Virus record (IMG/VR): IMGVR_UViG_3300005573_000248
Location: 1-27,251 of that record
Reading direction: 5' to 3' (one strand)
Origin: a virus
Lineage: Duplodnaviria > Caudoviricetes
DNA length: 27,251 nt
Each line of letters opens with the position of its first letter. Position 1 is the first letter of the stretch. The notes beneath the pieces were generated by a model. That model had not been told where the DNA came from. It saw nothing but the letters and a program-made list of their open reading frames with translations, and made no database searches. This document shows, piece by piece, positions 9,673-18,087 of this stretch. A program made the translations under genes and the position numbers.

Positions 9673-10866
9673 TTAAGCTATTACAGCAGCAACAAATGAA
9701 TCACGACGAGCTTTTGCGTCAAAATAAGCATTAACAACAAGCCTTACATTGCCAACATTTGCTTGACTGTATGGATCAACCGTTATATCCACAGAAGACC
9801 ATTGTCCAATAACAAAGTCGCTAAAATCACCCAAAATTAAACCATTTTGATATACATTTGCAGTAGTGAATGTTTTTACTCCATCTATCATATCATCTTC
9901 AAAGATCATTTGAGCCAAATTCTTAGCAGTAGATTTCAGCAATGCTTTTGTCTTTGGATGTACAATAAAAGAATAATTTTTTACATTTTTGCTTTCCAAT
10001 TGTGCTTCAAGTGCAACAATATTTGAATAACTTAAACCACTAGCTGGTATTGATATATAATTAGAACTATTTGCAAAAAATCCTTGTGGTTGGTTTGCTC
10101 CAGATGCATTTCCCAAAACCGTTGCTTCGAGTTTTTCACTGATAGCCATTAAAATATCACGAGTTAAAAGTGCTTCAGCGTCAACGGTTTGTTGTGCTAA
10201 GAATTGTTTGCTAACATCCAAAATTGCTGTCAATCTATGAGGATTCAACATTACTTTACTAAATACACCACCTCCATCTATTGCTTCTATATTTTCGGAT
10301 TCCCATGCAACATTTGAGCCTGAATATAAAGGGATCTGAATGTTTCCAGATAAGCCGTTAAGTGTTTGAGCACCTGCTGCTGAAAGTGTCAGATTGGCAT
10401 ATAAAGGAGCTAAAATATTGAGAACATCAAGATCAACTACTTCTGCACCTTGTCCAACTCCAGTTGCACTGATTGAACGTTGATTTACAGGTAATTGTAT
10501 TTGACCCGAAGCACTTAAACCTGCTTGTATCATTTGTTCTTTTCCACGATTTATTATTTCAAGTGAAACTTCATTTAATGAGCGATTATTAGCTACATCA
10601 TTTATTGTTTTGATTAAACTAAATTTTTCCATTCTTTTTTCTGTTTTAATTGTTTTATTATTATTAATTAACCTTTTATTTTCTTCTTCTATTTTTTTTA
10701 TTTCATCATCAATTTCTTTTTTTCTAATATTAATTTCGTCAAATTCTTTTTTTTCTGTTTCATCTAATTTTCTTTTTTCTGTTTTTCCTTTTTCAATCAT
10801 ATTTTTTTGTTTTTCAGATAGTTGATTTTTTTCATCAATCAACTTCAATATACTTTGTTCTTCCAT
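9673..10866 (-). CDS. Major capsid protein, HK97 fold, with N-terminal coiled-coil scaffold (delta) domain
   Basis: Charged coiled-coil N-terminus; AWESEN, LNPHRLTA...VSKQFL, GDFSDFVIGQW...VDPY motifs. Confidence 0.95.
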   Translation of the reverse strand: MEEQSILKLIDEKNQLSEKQKNMIEKGKTEKRKLDETEKKEFDEINIRKKEIDDEIKKIEEENKRLINNNKTIKTEKRMEKFSLIKTINDVANNRSLNEVSLEIINRGKEQMIQAGLSASGQIQLPVNQRSISATGVGQGAEVVDLDVLNILAPLYANLTLSAAGAQTLNGLSGNIQIPLYSGSNVAWESENIEAIDGGGVFSKVMLNPHRLTAILDVSKQFLAQQTVDAEALLTRDILMAISEKLEATVLGNASGANQPQGFFANSSNYISIPASGLSYSNIVALEAQLESKNVKNYSFIVHPKTKALLKSTAKNLAQMIFEDDMIDGVKTFTTANVYQNGLILGDFSDFVIGQWSSVDITVDPYSQANVGNVRLVVNAYFDAKARRDSFVAAVIA

Positions 10867-10894
10867 AATTTTATTTTTATATAATTATATTTTT

Positions 10895-11488
10895 TTATTG
10901 AATTTCTTTTTCTAATTCATTATAATATTCTTCTAATTCTTTTTGCCTTTGTTCTTCTAATATTTTTTTATTTTCTTCTTGAATTTCAGCAAATCGCTTC
11001 AAATTTACAGAGGTTTGCTCATAGGCAGGTTGAAATACTGGTGAAACATCATATAATTTGTCAATTTGTAAAATGGTACGAACATAAGAACCATCTGGTT
11101 GTAATTGCCAATCATCTCCAGCAACGGTAAAGGCAAAAGAACTTGCTGTAATATCACCTCTTTTGATCATTTCTATTGTTTCATCACCTACTGCGGTTTG
11201 AGGTGCTTCAAAATTATATTTCAATCCTCTTTCATCAACGGTAAGTTGTAATGTTCCTTTTCCAAATTTTGAACGAGCCAACACTCCCTTTTCTTTGTTA
11301 TGATCGAGCGTTGCAAATACATCCGATTTTTCAATTACACCATCAAGTGCGTTGGAATCAATTTTTTCAATAAAACCACCTAAATCTGTAGATAAAGAAT
11401 TAAATAACAGTGCATAACCTTCGACATTTCTTGTACTACCGCTTGCAATTGAAATTTCATTTTCTAATTTTCTTATTTCTTGTTCCAT
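10895..11488 (-). CDS. Prohead protease, HK97 family
   Basis: VEGYALLFNS...FIEKI, DHN, VDERGL, RGDITASSFAF and DVSPVFQPAY motifs. Confidence 0.95.
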   Translation of the reverse strand: MEQEIRKLENEISIASGSTRNVEGYALLFNSLSTDLGGFIEKIDSNALDGVIEKSDVFATLDHNKEKGVLARSKFGKGTLQLTVDERGLKYNFEAPQTAVGDETIEMIKRGDITASSFAFTVAGDDWQLQPDGSYVRTILQIDKLYDVSPVFQPAYEQTSVNLKRFAEIQEENKKILEEQRQKELEEYYNELEKEIQ

Positions 11489-11517
11489 AAATATATTTTT
11501 TTAGCCTTTAATTATAT

Positions 11518-11537
11518 ATGTATCTAATTTGTCCGAT
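11518..11537 (-). promoter_or_regulatory. Putative phage late promoter, copy 3 (ATCGGAC-aaattaga-TACAT)
   Basis: In the 72-nt gap between portal and protease genes; about 30 nt upstream of the ATG at 11488. Confidence 0.7.
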
Positions 11538-11560
11538 ATTTATTATTTTATAATTTAATT

Positions 11561-12844
11561 TTAATTAACATTATTTACAGGTTTAATTTCACTAGGTGTA
11601 GCAGATTGAGATGGTAAAATACCATTTACAATATTTTTTAACGTTGTCATATTAAGTTGTATCATAAGATCATCACCATTTTCTAATTCACTATATGATA
11701 GAGCCTTACGAACTTCATTTGGTGTTAAAATGCCATTAGTTTCAAGTTTAGTATAATATTCTGCCATTGATTGTTTATCTGTATTTAAAAACTGACTAAC
11801 ATCAAAATTTGCACTAATATTATTTTCGGATGGCAACCATAATTTTCTGTTTATTTCTTGTTCAATTAAAGTTAAATATGGTTGAACTGTATCGCTTAAA
11901 AATTCCAACTGTGTTTGTTCAAGTGTACTATATGAAGAATTTTTCAAGTCAAATAATTTCACTGGTGATATATTAAAAAACCGAGCAATTTCAGTATTTG
12001 AAAATTCTCTACTTTCTAATAATTGTGCATCTTTTGCATTAATAGAAATAGGTTGATAATCAAGACCACCAGGAATAATCGCAATTCCACCAGAATTTGA
12101 ACCATTTTCAAATGCTTGTCTCCAACTATTCCTAATTTGTTCTTTTTGTGTTTCAGTAAGAATCGCAGAAGATTTTAGAATACCTGATAAACTTGCTCCA
12201 GATTTATAAAAATTATTTGCATAATGTTCACTGTCTTTTGATAAACTTAATGTATCAATTGCGTGTTGAATAATTGAGATACCACGAACTCCATCAATGC
12301 TATACATCCAAAAATGCAACATATTTTCAGAACTAATTATCTGATCCTCACCAGCTCCAGCTACAATATAAAGAACTTTATCTGTTTGATAATCATAAGT
12401 AACAGTTACCAATTCACTTGCTAAATATCGTAAAGAAACAACTTGTCCTTTTGAATTTCTTTGAATATAAGCATATCCGTTACCTTTTAACATTATGCTA
12501 CTAACTAATAATTTAAAAAAATTAAATCTAGAGAGATTTGAACTAGGTTGTTTATTTAAAATATTAAAGGCATAATGTTCATAAAAAATATTTTTATAAC
12601 CTTGTGTATCACTCTTATATATGTATAAGGGTAAAATAGCAACTGCGTTACTAATTTGATTTACAGCACTATATACAGCACTTAATTTCATTGCTGAATT
12701 TGCTTGAAAACTTGAAACACTAGAAAAATTTAATGCACCAGATAACAAGCCAACACTTCTTTCTTCTGTATTTTCTGTATTTTGGTTATTTACAGTTGTT
12801 TTTTCAATATTAACATCTTTATTTTTTGTTCTAAATAATTTCAT
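11561..12844 (-). CDS. Portal protein, HK97 family
   Basis: AVYSAVNQISNAVAILP, GNGYAYI, DAQLLESR...EIARFFNISP, ILTPNEVR. Confidence 0.96.
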   Translation of the reverse strand: MKLFRTKNKDVNIEKTTVNNQNTENTEERSVGLLSGALNFSSVSSFQANSAMKLSAVYSAVNQISNAVAILPLYIYKSDTQGYKNIFYEHYAFNILNKQPSSNLSRFNFFKLLVSSIMLKGNGYAYIQRNSKGQVVSLRYLASELVTVTYDYQTDKVLYIVAGAGEDQIISSENMLHFWMYSIDGVRGISIIQHAIDTLSLSKDSEHYANNFYKSGASLSGILKSSAILTETQKEQIRNSWRQAFENGSNSGGIAIIPGGLDYQPISINAKDAQLLESREFSNTEIARFFNISPVKLFDLKNSSYSTLEQTQLEFLSDTVQPYLTLIEQEINRKLWLPSENNISANFDVSQFLNTDKQSMAEYYTKLETNGILTPNEVRKALSYSELENGDDLMIQLNMTTLKNIVNGILPSQSATPSEIKPVNNVN

Positions 12845-12866
12845 ATGTATATTGTATTTAATTATA

Positions 12867-12886
12867 ATGTATTAATAATGTCAGAT
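12867..12886 (-). promoter_or_regulatory. Putative phage late promoter, copy 4 (ATCTGAC-attattaa-TACAT)
   Basis: In the 48-nt terL-portal gap; about 23 nt upstream of the ATG at 12844. Confidence 0.72.
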
Positions 12887-12892
12887 TTTTTT

Positions 12893-14524
12893 TCAAAATG
12901 TATATATTGATGTATCATATTTAGGAATTTGTAAATAGCCTCCCAAAGCCGTTAACATTGAAATAACTCCATCTATTTTATTTTTGTTTGACATTTTTGT
13001 TGGTTTAACGTTATCATTATGATCATATTTTAGAACAACATTTGAAAAACAAAATCTAGTTATTTCGTTATTATCAATTATTACTTTACCAGATCTCAGC
13101 AATCTCTCAAATTCTTTTGTTGGTCTATTGAAATTTGCCAATGACTGAGAAAATGGTTGCATATTTAAACCTTGTTCCGTTGCATTAATTGCAAACTGAG
13201 TAGCGTTATAAGTGTCATAAAAAACTGCATATATTGGACATATTTTATTAATTTTCAATATATCGGCTAAAATATAATCGTAATCCACAGCATTTCCACT
13301 AGTTAATATAATTTGTTTTTCAAAATGCCATTTCTTATATAATTCCTTTTGTTCATGTTCAGCCAAAGCTGTATAATGTAAATAATATTTAGTAGTAAAT
13401 ATATATTTATCCATTGTAGAATCATAAATAAGAACGCTAACTGCCGTTAAGTCTGATACGGCACTTAAATCAACACCAACATAACATGGTTGTCCTCTAT
13501 ATTGTTCTAAATCAACATTTTTTGTACTGTCTAATATTAATTTATTGGAAATCCAATTTTCATAACTAGAACACCAAATATTTAACAATTTTGTTTTTAC
13601 ATTTACATCAGCAGAACTATTATTTTTTGCGTTAATTACCTCTCTTTTTATATATTCTTTGGTTGTAGTAACACCGATGTTTGGATTAGCCTTTATCCAT
13701 TTTGTTTCATCATCCCATGAATCATCTTCGTCCATTTCAAATATAAAAATAGCATATGAATCATCATTTTTTACACCCTGTAAAATTTCTTTTGATGTAT
13801 CATACAACTTTTTGCATGGAGAAAGTTGATTAAAACCAGCAGTAGTAATAATCATTCCCAACGGTTCTTCACGCATACCCTGTGAAGATGTTAAAACATC
13901 AATCATTTTTGTATCCTTTGCTTCGTGATACTCATCAATTATAAAACTACTTAGGTTTAGACCATCCAATTTAGAGGTATCAGCTGCTACAATTTTGGCA
14001 TGTCCTTTGTTTGCATCAACTTTTATATCATTTCGTAATATTTTAATTATTTTTCCCTTAGGATCAATAGACTTTGCAAAATTTGAAGTAATTTCAAGTA
14101 AAATTCTAGCCTGTTCACGAGAGTTTGCTGCAAAAACAACCTCAGGTGATTGTTCTCCATCTGCAATTAAAAGATACAATGCTATGGCAGATGCAAAAGA
14201 TGATTTTCCGCTTTTTCTTGCTATTTCAATGAATACATTTCTTGTTAATCTTTTTTTTGTTTTAACACTGTGAATACCAAACACATGAGCAATTATAAAT
14301 TTTTCCCAAGGTTCTAAAACAAAATTTTCATTTGCATGTCTTCCAATATAATGCCTTATGTTTGATATAAATCTAATTACATTTTGCACTTTATTTTCAT
14401 CAAAATATAAATCATCCCTTGATTTTAGTTCCAAATATCTTTGTGCAGCTAATTTAATTGAGTTTCCAGCTATTACATTACCATTCAGAACATTATATGC
14501 ATATTCATCATAATTACTAATCAT
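12893..14524 (-). CDS. terL: Terminase large subunit (cos-type, Terminase_1-like)
   Basis: LEPWEKF, Walker A IARKSGKS, Walker B FIIDEYH, ITTAG, WIKANP, nuclease GVDLS...DLTA and KIDGV. Confidence 0.97.
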   Translation of the reverse strand: MISNYDEYAYNVLNGNVIAGNSIKLAAQRYLELKSRDDLYFDENKVQNVIRFISNIRHYIGRHANENFVLEPWEKFIIAHVFGIHSVKTKKRLTRNVFIEIARKSGKSSFASAIALYLLIADGEQSPEVVFAANSREQARILLEITSNFAKSIDPKGKIIKILRNDIKVDANKGHAKIVAADTSKLDGLNLSSFIIDEYHEAKDTKMIDVLTSSQGMREEPLGMIITTAGFNQLSPCKKLYDTSKEILQGVKNDDSYAIFIFEMDEDDSWDDETKWIKANPNIGVTTTKEYIKREVINAKNNSSADVNVKTKLLNIWCSSYENWISNKLILDSTKNVDLEQYRGQPCYVGVDLSAVSDLTAVSVLIYDSTMDKYIFTTKYYLHYTALAEHEQKELYKKWHFEKQIILTSGNAVDYDYILADILKINKICPIYAVFYDTYNATQFAINATEQGLNMQPFSQSLANFNRPTKEFERLLRSGKVIIDNNEITRFCFSNVVLKYDHNDNVKPTKMSNKNKIDGVISMLTALGGYLQIPKYDTSIYTF

Positions 14525-14546
14525 ATTAATTATTAATCATTAATTA

Positions 14547-14942
14547 TTAATCATTAATCATATTTTTAGTTAATCTTTTTTCTATTGAATTACTTTTTGT
14601 TAAAAATTGCGCTAAAGGACTATCATCAATAACAGAATCAGCATTCATTTCTGAACTACTTTTCAGAGTTAATCCAAATTGAATCAATAATTTAACTGCT
14701 TGTATTTGTGCATCAGTCTGAACTTTTAAAAGAGGATGTTTCTGTATTACTCCAAATCGATCCTTTACTGTTAAACCCTCTTTCTTAATAATTTTTGAAC
14801 ACATTACAAAAGTATTATAGTTTTCTTCTAACATATACAATGCAGCATTCCATGTTTCATCATATGTTTTAAGACTTTTCAAAACAGTCTTCATAAAATT
14901 TTGACATTCAATTTCATTTTCTGTATTAATTTTGTATTTCAT
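14547..14942 (-). CDS. terS: Terminase small subunit, P27 family-like
   Basis: IKKEGLTV...QKHPLL...QFGLT motif, immediately upstream of terL. Confidence 0.88.
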   Translation of the reverse strand: MKYKINTENEIECQNFMKTVLKSLKTYDETWNAALYMLEENYNTFVMCSKIIKKEGLTVKDRFGVIQKHPLLKVQTDAQIQAVKLLIQFGLTLKSSSEMNADSVIDDSPLAQFLTKSNSIEKRLTKNMIND

Positions 14943-14965
14943 ATGTATATTGTTTTTGATATATT

Positions 14966-14985
14966 ATGTATTAATATTGTCTGAT
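14966..14985 (-). promoter_or_regulatory. Putative phage late promoter, copy 5 (ATCAGAC-aatattaa-TACAT)
   Basis: About 24 nt upstream of the terS ATG; shares the leader/start sequence ACAATATACATATGAAAT with the portal gene. Confidence 0.72.
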
Positions 14986-14994
14986 TTATAGTTA

Positions 14995-15077
14995 TTAGGC
15001 TATATAATGTATTTATTTTTAATAGTAATACTTTGATATTACCTTCTTATTATATTGCCTAAAATCGCCTTAAAATG
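14995..15077. repeat. Structured repeat family B, copy 1 (diverged)
   Basis: TTAGGC...GTAATA-ctttga-TATTAC...TTCTTATTATATTGCCTAAAATCGCCTTAAAATG; homologous to the copies at 15491 and 15887. Confidence 0.75.
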
Positions 15078-15101
15078 GTTAATAAATACATATATTTTTT
15101 T

Positions 15102-15380
15102 TTATGTATTTGATTTAACCGTTAATTGAGATGTTCCAGCAATAGCTGCACAAATTGCAATAAGATAACTTAACGCCGTAATTAAATTTATATTTAAATT
15201 TAGTTGAGTTGTTGAATTTATTATAACAACCGCAGATGCTGAACCACCTATTTTAATTGATAATTTCTTTATTTTCTTGAAAAATTCAGGTGATTCTGCT
15301 TTCCATCTATATTTTATTACTTCAATTACTTTGTATAATAATAATATTTTATTTTGATAATATGTTTTTAATTTATCCAT
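15102..15380 (-). CDS. Putative holin (two hydrophobic segments)
   Basis: RWKAESPEFFKK basic segment followed by two hydrophobic stretches (IGGSASAVVII; LITALSYLIAICAAIAG). Confidence 0.5.
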   Translation of the reverse strand: MDKLKTYYQNKILLLYKVIEVIKYRWKAESPEFFKKIKKLSIKIGGSASAVVIINSTTQLNLNINLITALSYLIAICAAIAGTSQLTVKSNT

Positions 15381-15412
15381 AATGTTTACATTTATTTTAA
15401 TTATTATTTCTA

Positions 15413-15442
15413 TATATAAATATCATTATATTTTAAAAAGTA
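15413..15442 (-). promoter_or_regulatory. Candidate second promoter class, TACTTTTT-N11-ATATTTATATA
   Basis: About 33 nt upstream of the ATG at 15380; same motif and spacing at 18209-18238 and a variant at 18537-18566. Confidence 0.45.
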
Positions 15443-15490
15443 TATATTATATAGAAATTTATTTTTATATAATATATTTTATAATACTTA

Positions 15491-15576
15491 ATTTAAGGCT
15501 CTATAAGCTCATAAAATTATATGAGTGGTAACTTTATACTACTTTTCTATTATACTGTCTTAAATCGCCTTAAAAT
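15491..15576. repeat. Structured repeat family B, copy 2
   Basis: TTTAAGGCTCTATAAGCTCATAAAATTATATGAGT...GTCTTAAATCGCCTTAAAAT; near-identical to the copy 396 bp downstream. Confidence 0.9.
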
Positions 15577-15743
15577 GATTATTTTGGATATTTTATTGGA
15601 TTATATTAATATCGTTATTTAATAACACTATTTTATAACCTTTTTTTTATATCATTTTTTTTTATTATATATTGAATTATTATATAACATTCTTTATATA
15701 ATATAACATTCTTTATATAATATATTATTATATTTATATCTTC

Positions 15744-15836
15744 AAAAAAAGGACATTTAAAGTGCATTTACTCTAATGTATTATTTTTTTTTTTCTATAT
15801 AGTTATTGTTATTGCACTATCGATGTCCTTTTTTTT
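15744..15836. repeat. Structured repeat family A, copy 1
   Basis: A7-GGACAT-ttaa-AGTGCA-ttta-CTCTAATGTATT...TATAGTTATTGTTAT-TGCACT-atcg-ATGTCC-T8. Confidence 0.92.
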
Positions 15837-15886
15837 ATATTATCATATTATTATATTGTTTTGTTAAATATATTTTGTTATACTTA

Positions 15887-15972
15887 TTTTAAGGCTCTAT
15901 AAGCTCATAAAATTATATGAGTAATATCTTTATATTAATTTCTTATTATATTGCCTTAAATCGCATTAAAAT
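15887..15972. repeat. Structured repeat family B, copy 3
   Basis: TTTTAAGGCTCTATAAGCTCATAAAATTATATGAGT...GCCTTAAATCGCATTAAAAT. Confidence 0.9.
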
Positions 15973-16093
15973 GACTATTTTGAATGTTTTTATTGGATTA
16001 TATTAATAACCTAATTTTATAATCTTATTTAATAACATATTTTTATATATAATATCTTTATTTAATATCATTATTTTATATTTATATCTTCTT

Positions 16094-16196
16094 AAAAAAA
16101 AAGTATCATTTAAAGTATCTTGTCTCTAATGTATTGTTCTTCTTTTTTTATATATATATATAGTTATTGTTAAGATACTATCGATGATACTTTTTT
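16094..16196. repeat. Structured repeat family A, copy 2 (both arms compensatorily changed)
   Basis: A9-GTATCAT-ttaa-AGTATCTT...CTCTAATGTATT...TATAGTTATTGTT-AAGATACT-atcg-ATGATAC-T6. Confidence 0.9.
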
Positions 16197-16288
16197 ATAT
16201 TGTATTTTATTATATAATGATTTATTTAAATTGAAATAGATTATTAAATAAAAATATATAGTATTTTATTATTAGTATTATATTTTAT

Positions 16289-16371
16289 AAAAAAAGGACA
16301 TAAAAGTATCTTTACTCTAATGTATTGTTTTTCTATAGTTATAGATAAGATACTTCGATGTCCTTTTTTTT
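16289..16371. repeat. Structured repeat family A, copy 3 (mosaic arms)
   Basis: A7-GGACAT-aa-AAGTATCTT...CTCTAATGTATT...TATAGTTA...AAGATACTT-cg-ATGTCC-T8. Confidence 0.9.
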
Positions 16372-16482
16372 ATATTATTATTTTTATTTAAATTGAAATA
16401 TATTATTAAATAGGTTATTAAATATAATAATATATTATATAATGTGTTATTAAATATGGTTATAAAATAAATTATTATATAT

Positions 16483-16509
16483 AAAAAAAAGGACATGAAG
16501 TCCTTTTTT
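16483..16509. repeat. Minimal family A hairpin (outer arms only); may act as bidirectional terminator
   Basis: A8-GGAC-atgaa-GTCC-T6. Confidence 0.75.
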
Positions 16510-16545
16510 ATTATATTATGTTATTTTATATTTATATCATTTTAT

Positions 16546-16629
16546 AAAAAAAGGACATTTAAAGTGCATTTACTCTAATGTATTGGTCTTTATAGTTATT
16601 GTTATTGCACTCTCAATGTCCTTTTTTTT
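16546..16629. repeat. Structured repeat family A, copy 4, overlapping the last ~20 codons and stop of rep
   Basis: A7-GGACAT-ttaa-AGTGCA...CTCTAATGTATT...TGCACT-ctca-ATGTCC-T8; read on the minus strand it encodes KKKDIESAITITIKTNTLE*. Confidence 0.92.
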
Positions 16630-18087
16630 ATTATTAATATTATTATCAATATTATTATTAGAAAAAGATTTATTGAATATATTGTTATTCAATTTTTTAT
16701 CTAACTTAATATTATTATTATGTTGTTTTATTATATTCTTCATATTATCATCTAAATTTCTATTAATTGTTTTTTCTGATAAATTCAAATAATTAGCTAT
16801 ATATTTATTAGTTATTTTTTTATCTATATTATTCATTTCATTATATATAAAATTAGATATTAAAATAAATGATTGATTATCAAATTGATTATCAAATTTA
16901 TTATTATGTTCTTCTATCATATTTTTCATTTCATCTTCTATTATATTGTTTATAGTTCTTACAGATAATCCAGTATATTCTGATATTGTCTTATATGTTA
17001 TTTTTGAATTTATATTATATATAATATCTCCAAAAAATTCATGTAATTTTATTTTAGTATTTTCTCCTCTTTTATTATGATATGCATTATATTTATTATT
17101 GGATTTTGGATTAACCCAATATTTTTTCATTCGTGAATTTATTGGTTTAAGATTGTCTTTATTCTTCAATTTATAATCTATTATATTATATAACTCCTTA
17201 TCATTTAATTTATTAATAGAATATTTATTTTGAAGATTAGATAAAACAAAATATAATTGTTTTCTATCAACTTGAGGATTTAATAATATAAGATTGTTTA
17301 TATATGATGAGTATATTAATTCTCTATTTCCTTCTTTTATTTCTCTAATTTTCTTATTATCAAAAGGTATAAAACATTCATAATATAATTTTCCTTCTGC
17401 AATATAAATGCATTCTTCATTATTATAATTATCTAATTCAACTTTATATTTTAATTTAATAAAATTATTATTAGAATATTCTATTGAAATATTATTATTA
17501 TTTATTTCATTATTAATATTATTATTTATCTCAATATCATTATTTATTTCAATATTAATAATATTATTAGCATCAAAAATATAACTATTACTATTTATAT
17601 AAATGTTTGGATCATAAGATATAATATTAAATTGACTTTTTTTTGCTGCATTTTTATCGATAAATTCATTGATATTTAATATTTTAGCTATTTCATAATA
17701 ACTATTTTCAAAATTATCTATATTAATATTATTAACTCGAACTATAATTGCATATCCATTACCTCCAACACTTTTATAATAACAATATACAAAATCTTTA
17801 TTTAATAAATTGATATTAAATAAATTATCATGATTATCAATATCATAATATAGATAACCAGTTGGTTTGATGATATTTGAATCTTTTTTGTATTTGTGGA
17901 ATTGAAAATTCCATGTTACCGCAGGCAGTGTTTGTTTTACAGTCTTTTTATCTAATTCTTTTCTTCTTATTTGTTCAATAAGTTCGCTGTAAGGTGAATT
18001 TTTTATGAGTTGAAGATAATCTTCTACTTCAATATTTTGTGAAATTGTAGGCTTTGTAACGCTCTCAAAGTAGTTAATTGTGTTCAT
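16570..18087 (-). CDS. Replication protein: BT4734-like/VirE-N primase(-polymerase) domain, PriCT-like region and two tandem HTH repeats
   Basis: KQTLPAVT...TGYLYYDID, KSVGGNG, DKNA...ISYDPNIYIN motifs; Asn-rich linker; EGNRE; two homologous C-terminal HTHs (KITYKTISEYTGLSVRTINNII / KITNKYIANYLNLSEKTINRNL). Confidence 0.8.
   Translation of the reverse strand: MNTINYFESVTKPTISQNIEVEDYLQLIKNSPYSELIEQIRRKELDKKTVKQTLPAVTWNFQFHKYKKDSNIIKPTGYLYYDIDNHDNLFNINLLNKDFVYCYYKSVGGNGYAIIVRVNNINIDNFENSYYEIAKILNINEFIDKNAAKKSQFNIISYDPNIYINSNSYIFDANNIINIEINNDIEINNNINNEINNNNISIEYSNNNFIKLKYKVELDNYNNEECIYIAEGKLYYECFIPFDNKKIREIKEGNRELIYSSYINNLILLNPQVDRKQLYFVLSNLQNKYSINKLNDKELYNIIDYKLKNKDNLKPINSRMKKYWVNPKSNNKYNAYHNKRGENTKIKLHEFFGDIIYNINSKITYKTISEYTGLSVRTINNIIEDEMKNMIEEHNNKFDNQFDNQSFILISNFIYNEMNNIDKKITNKYIANYLNLSEKTINRNLDDNMKNIIKQHNNNIKLDKKLNNNIFNKSFSNNNIDNNINNKKKDIESAITITIKTNTLE

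Noticed and set aside
14526-14560. TTAATTATTAATCA tandem at the terS-terL junction
   Set aside because: Two and a half low-complexity units; most simply slippage in AT-rich DNA.
15744-16629. Diversity-generating retroelement (template repeats of the rep 3' end)
   Set aside because: No reverse transcriptase in the window; copies differ by indels and paired stem changes rather than adenine-specific substitutions.
15484-16629. CRISPR array or integron attC cassette array
   Set aside because: Repeats are 80-100 bp and divergent, spacers are irregular, low-complexity and partly homologous to each other, there are no cassette ORFs, and no cas or tyrosine integrase gene is present.
14995-16629. 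Hammerhead ribozyme or tRNA identity for repeat families A/B
   Set aside because: No CUGAnGA/GAAA core or cloverleaf with a TTCRA loop seen on either strand by eye; an Rfam scan is still needed.
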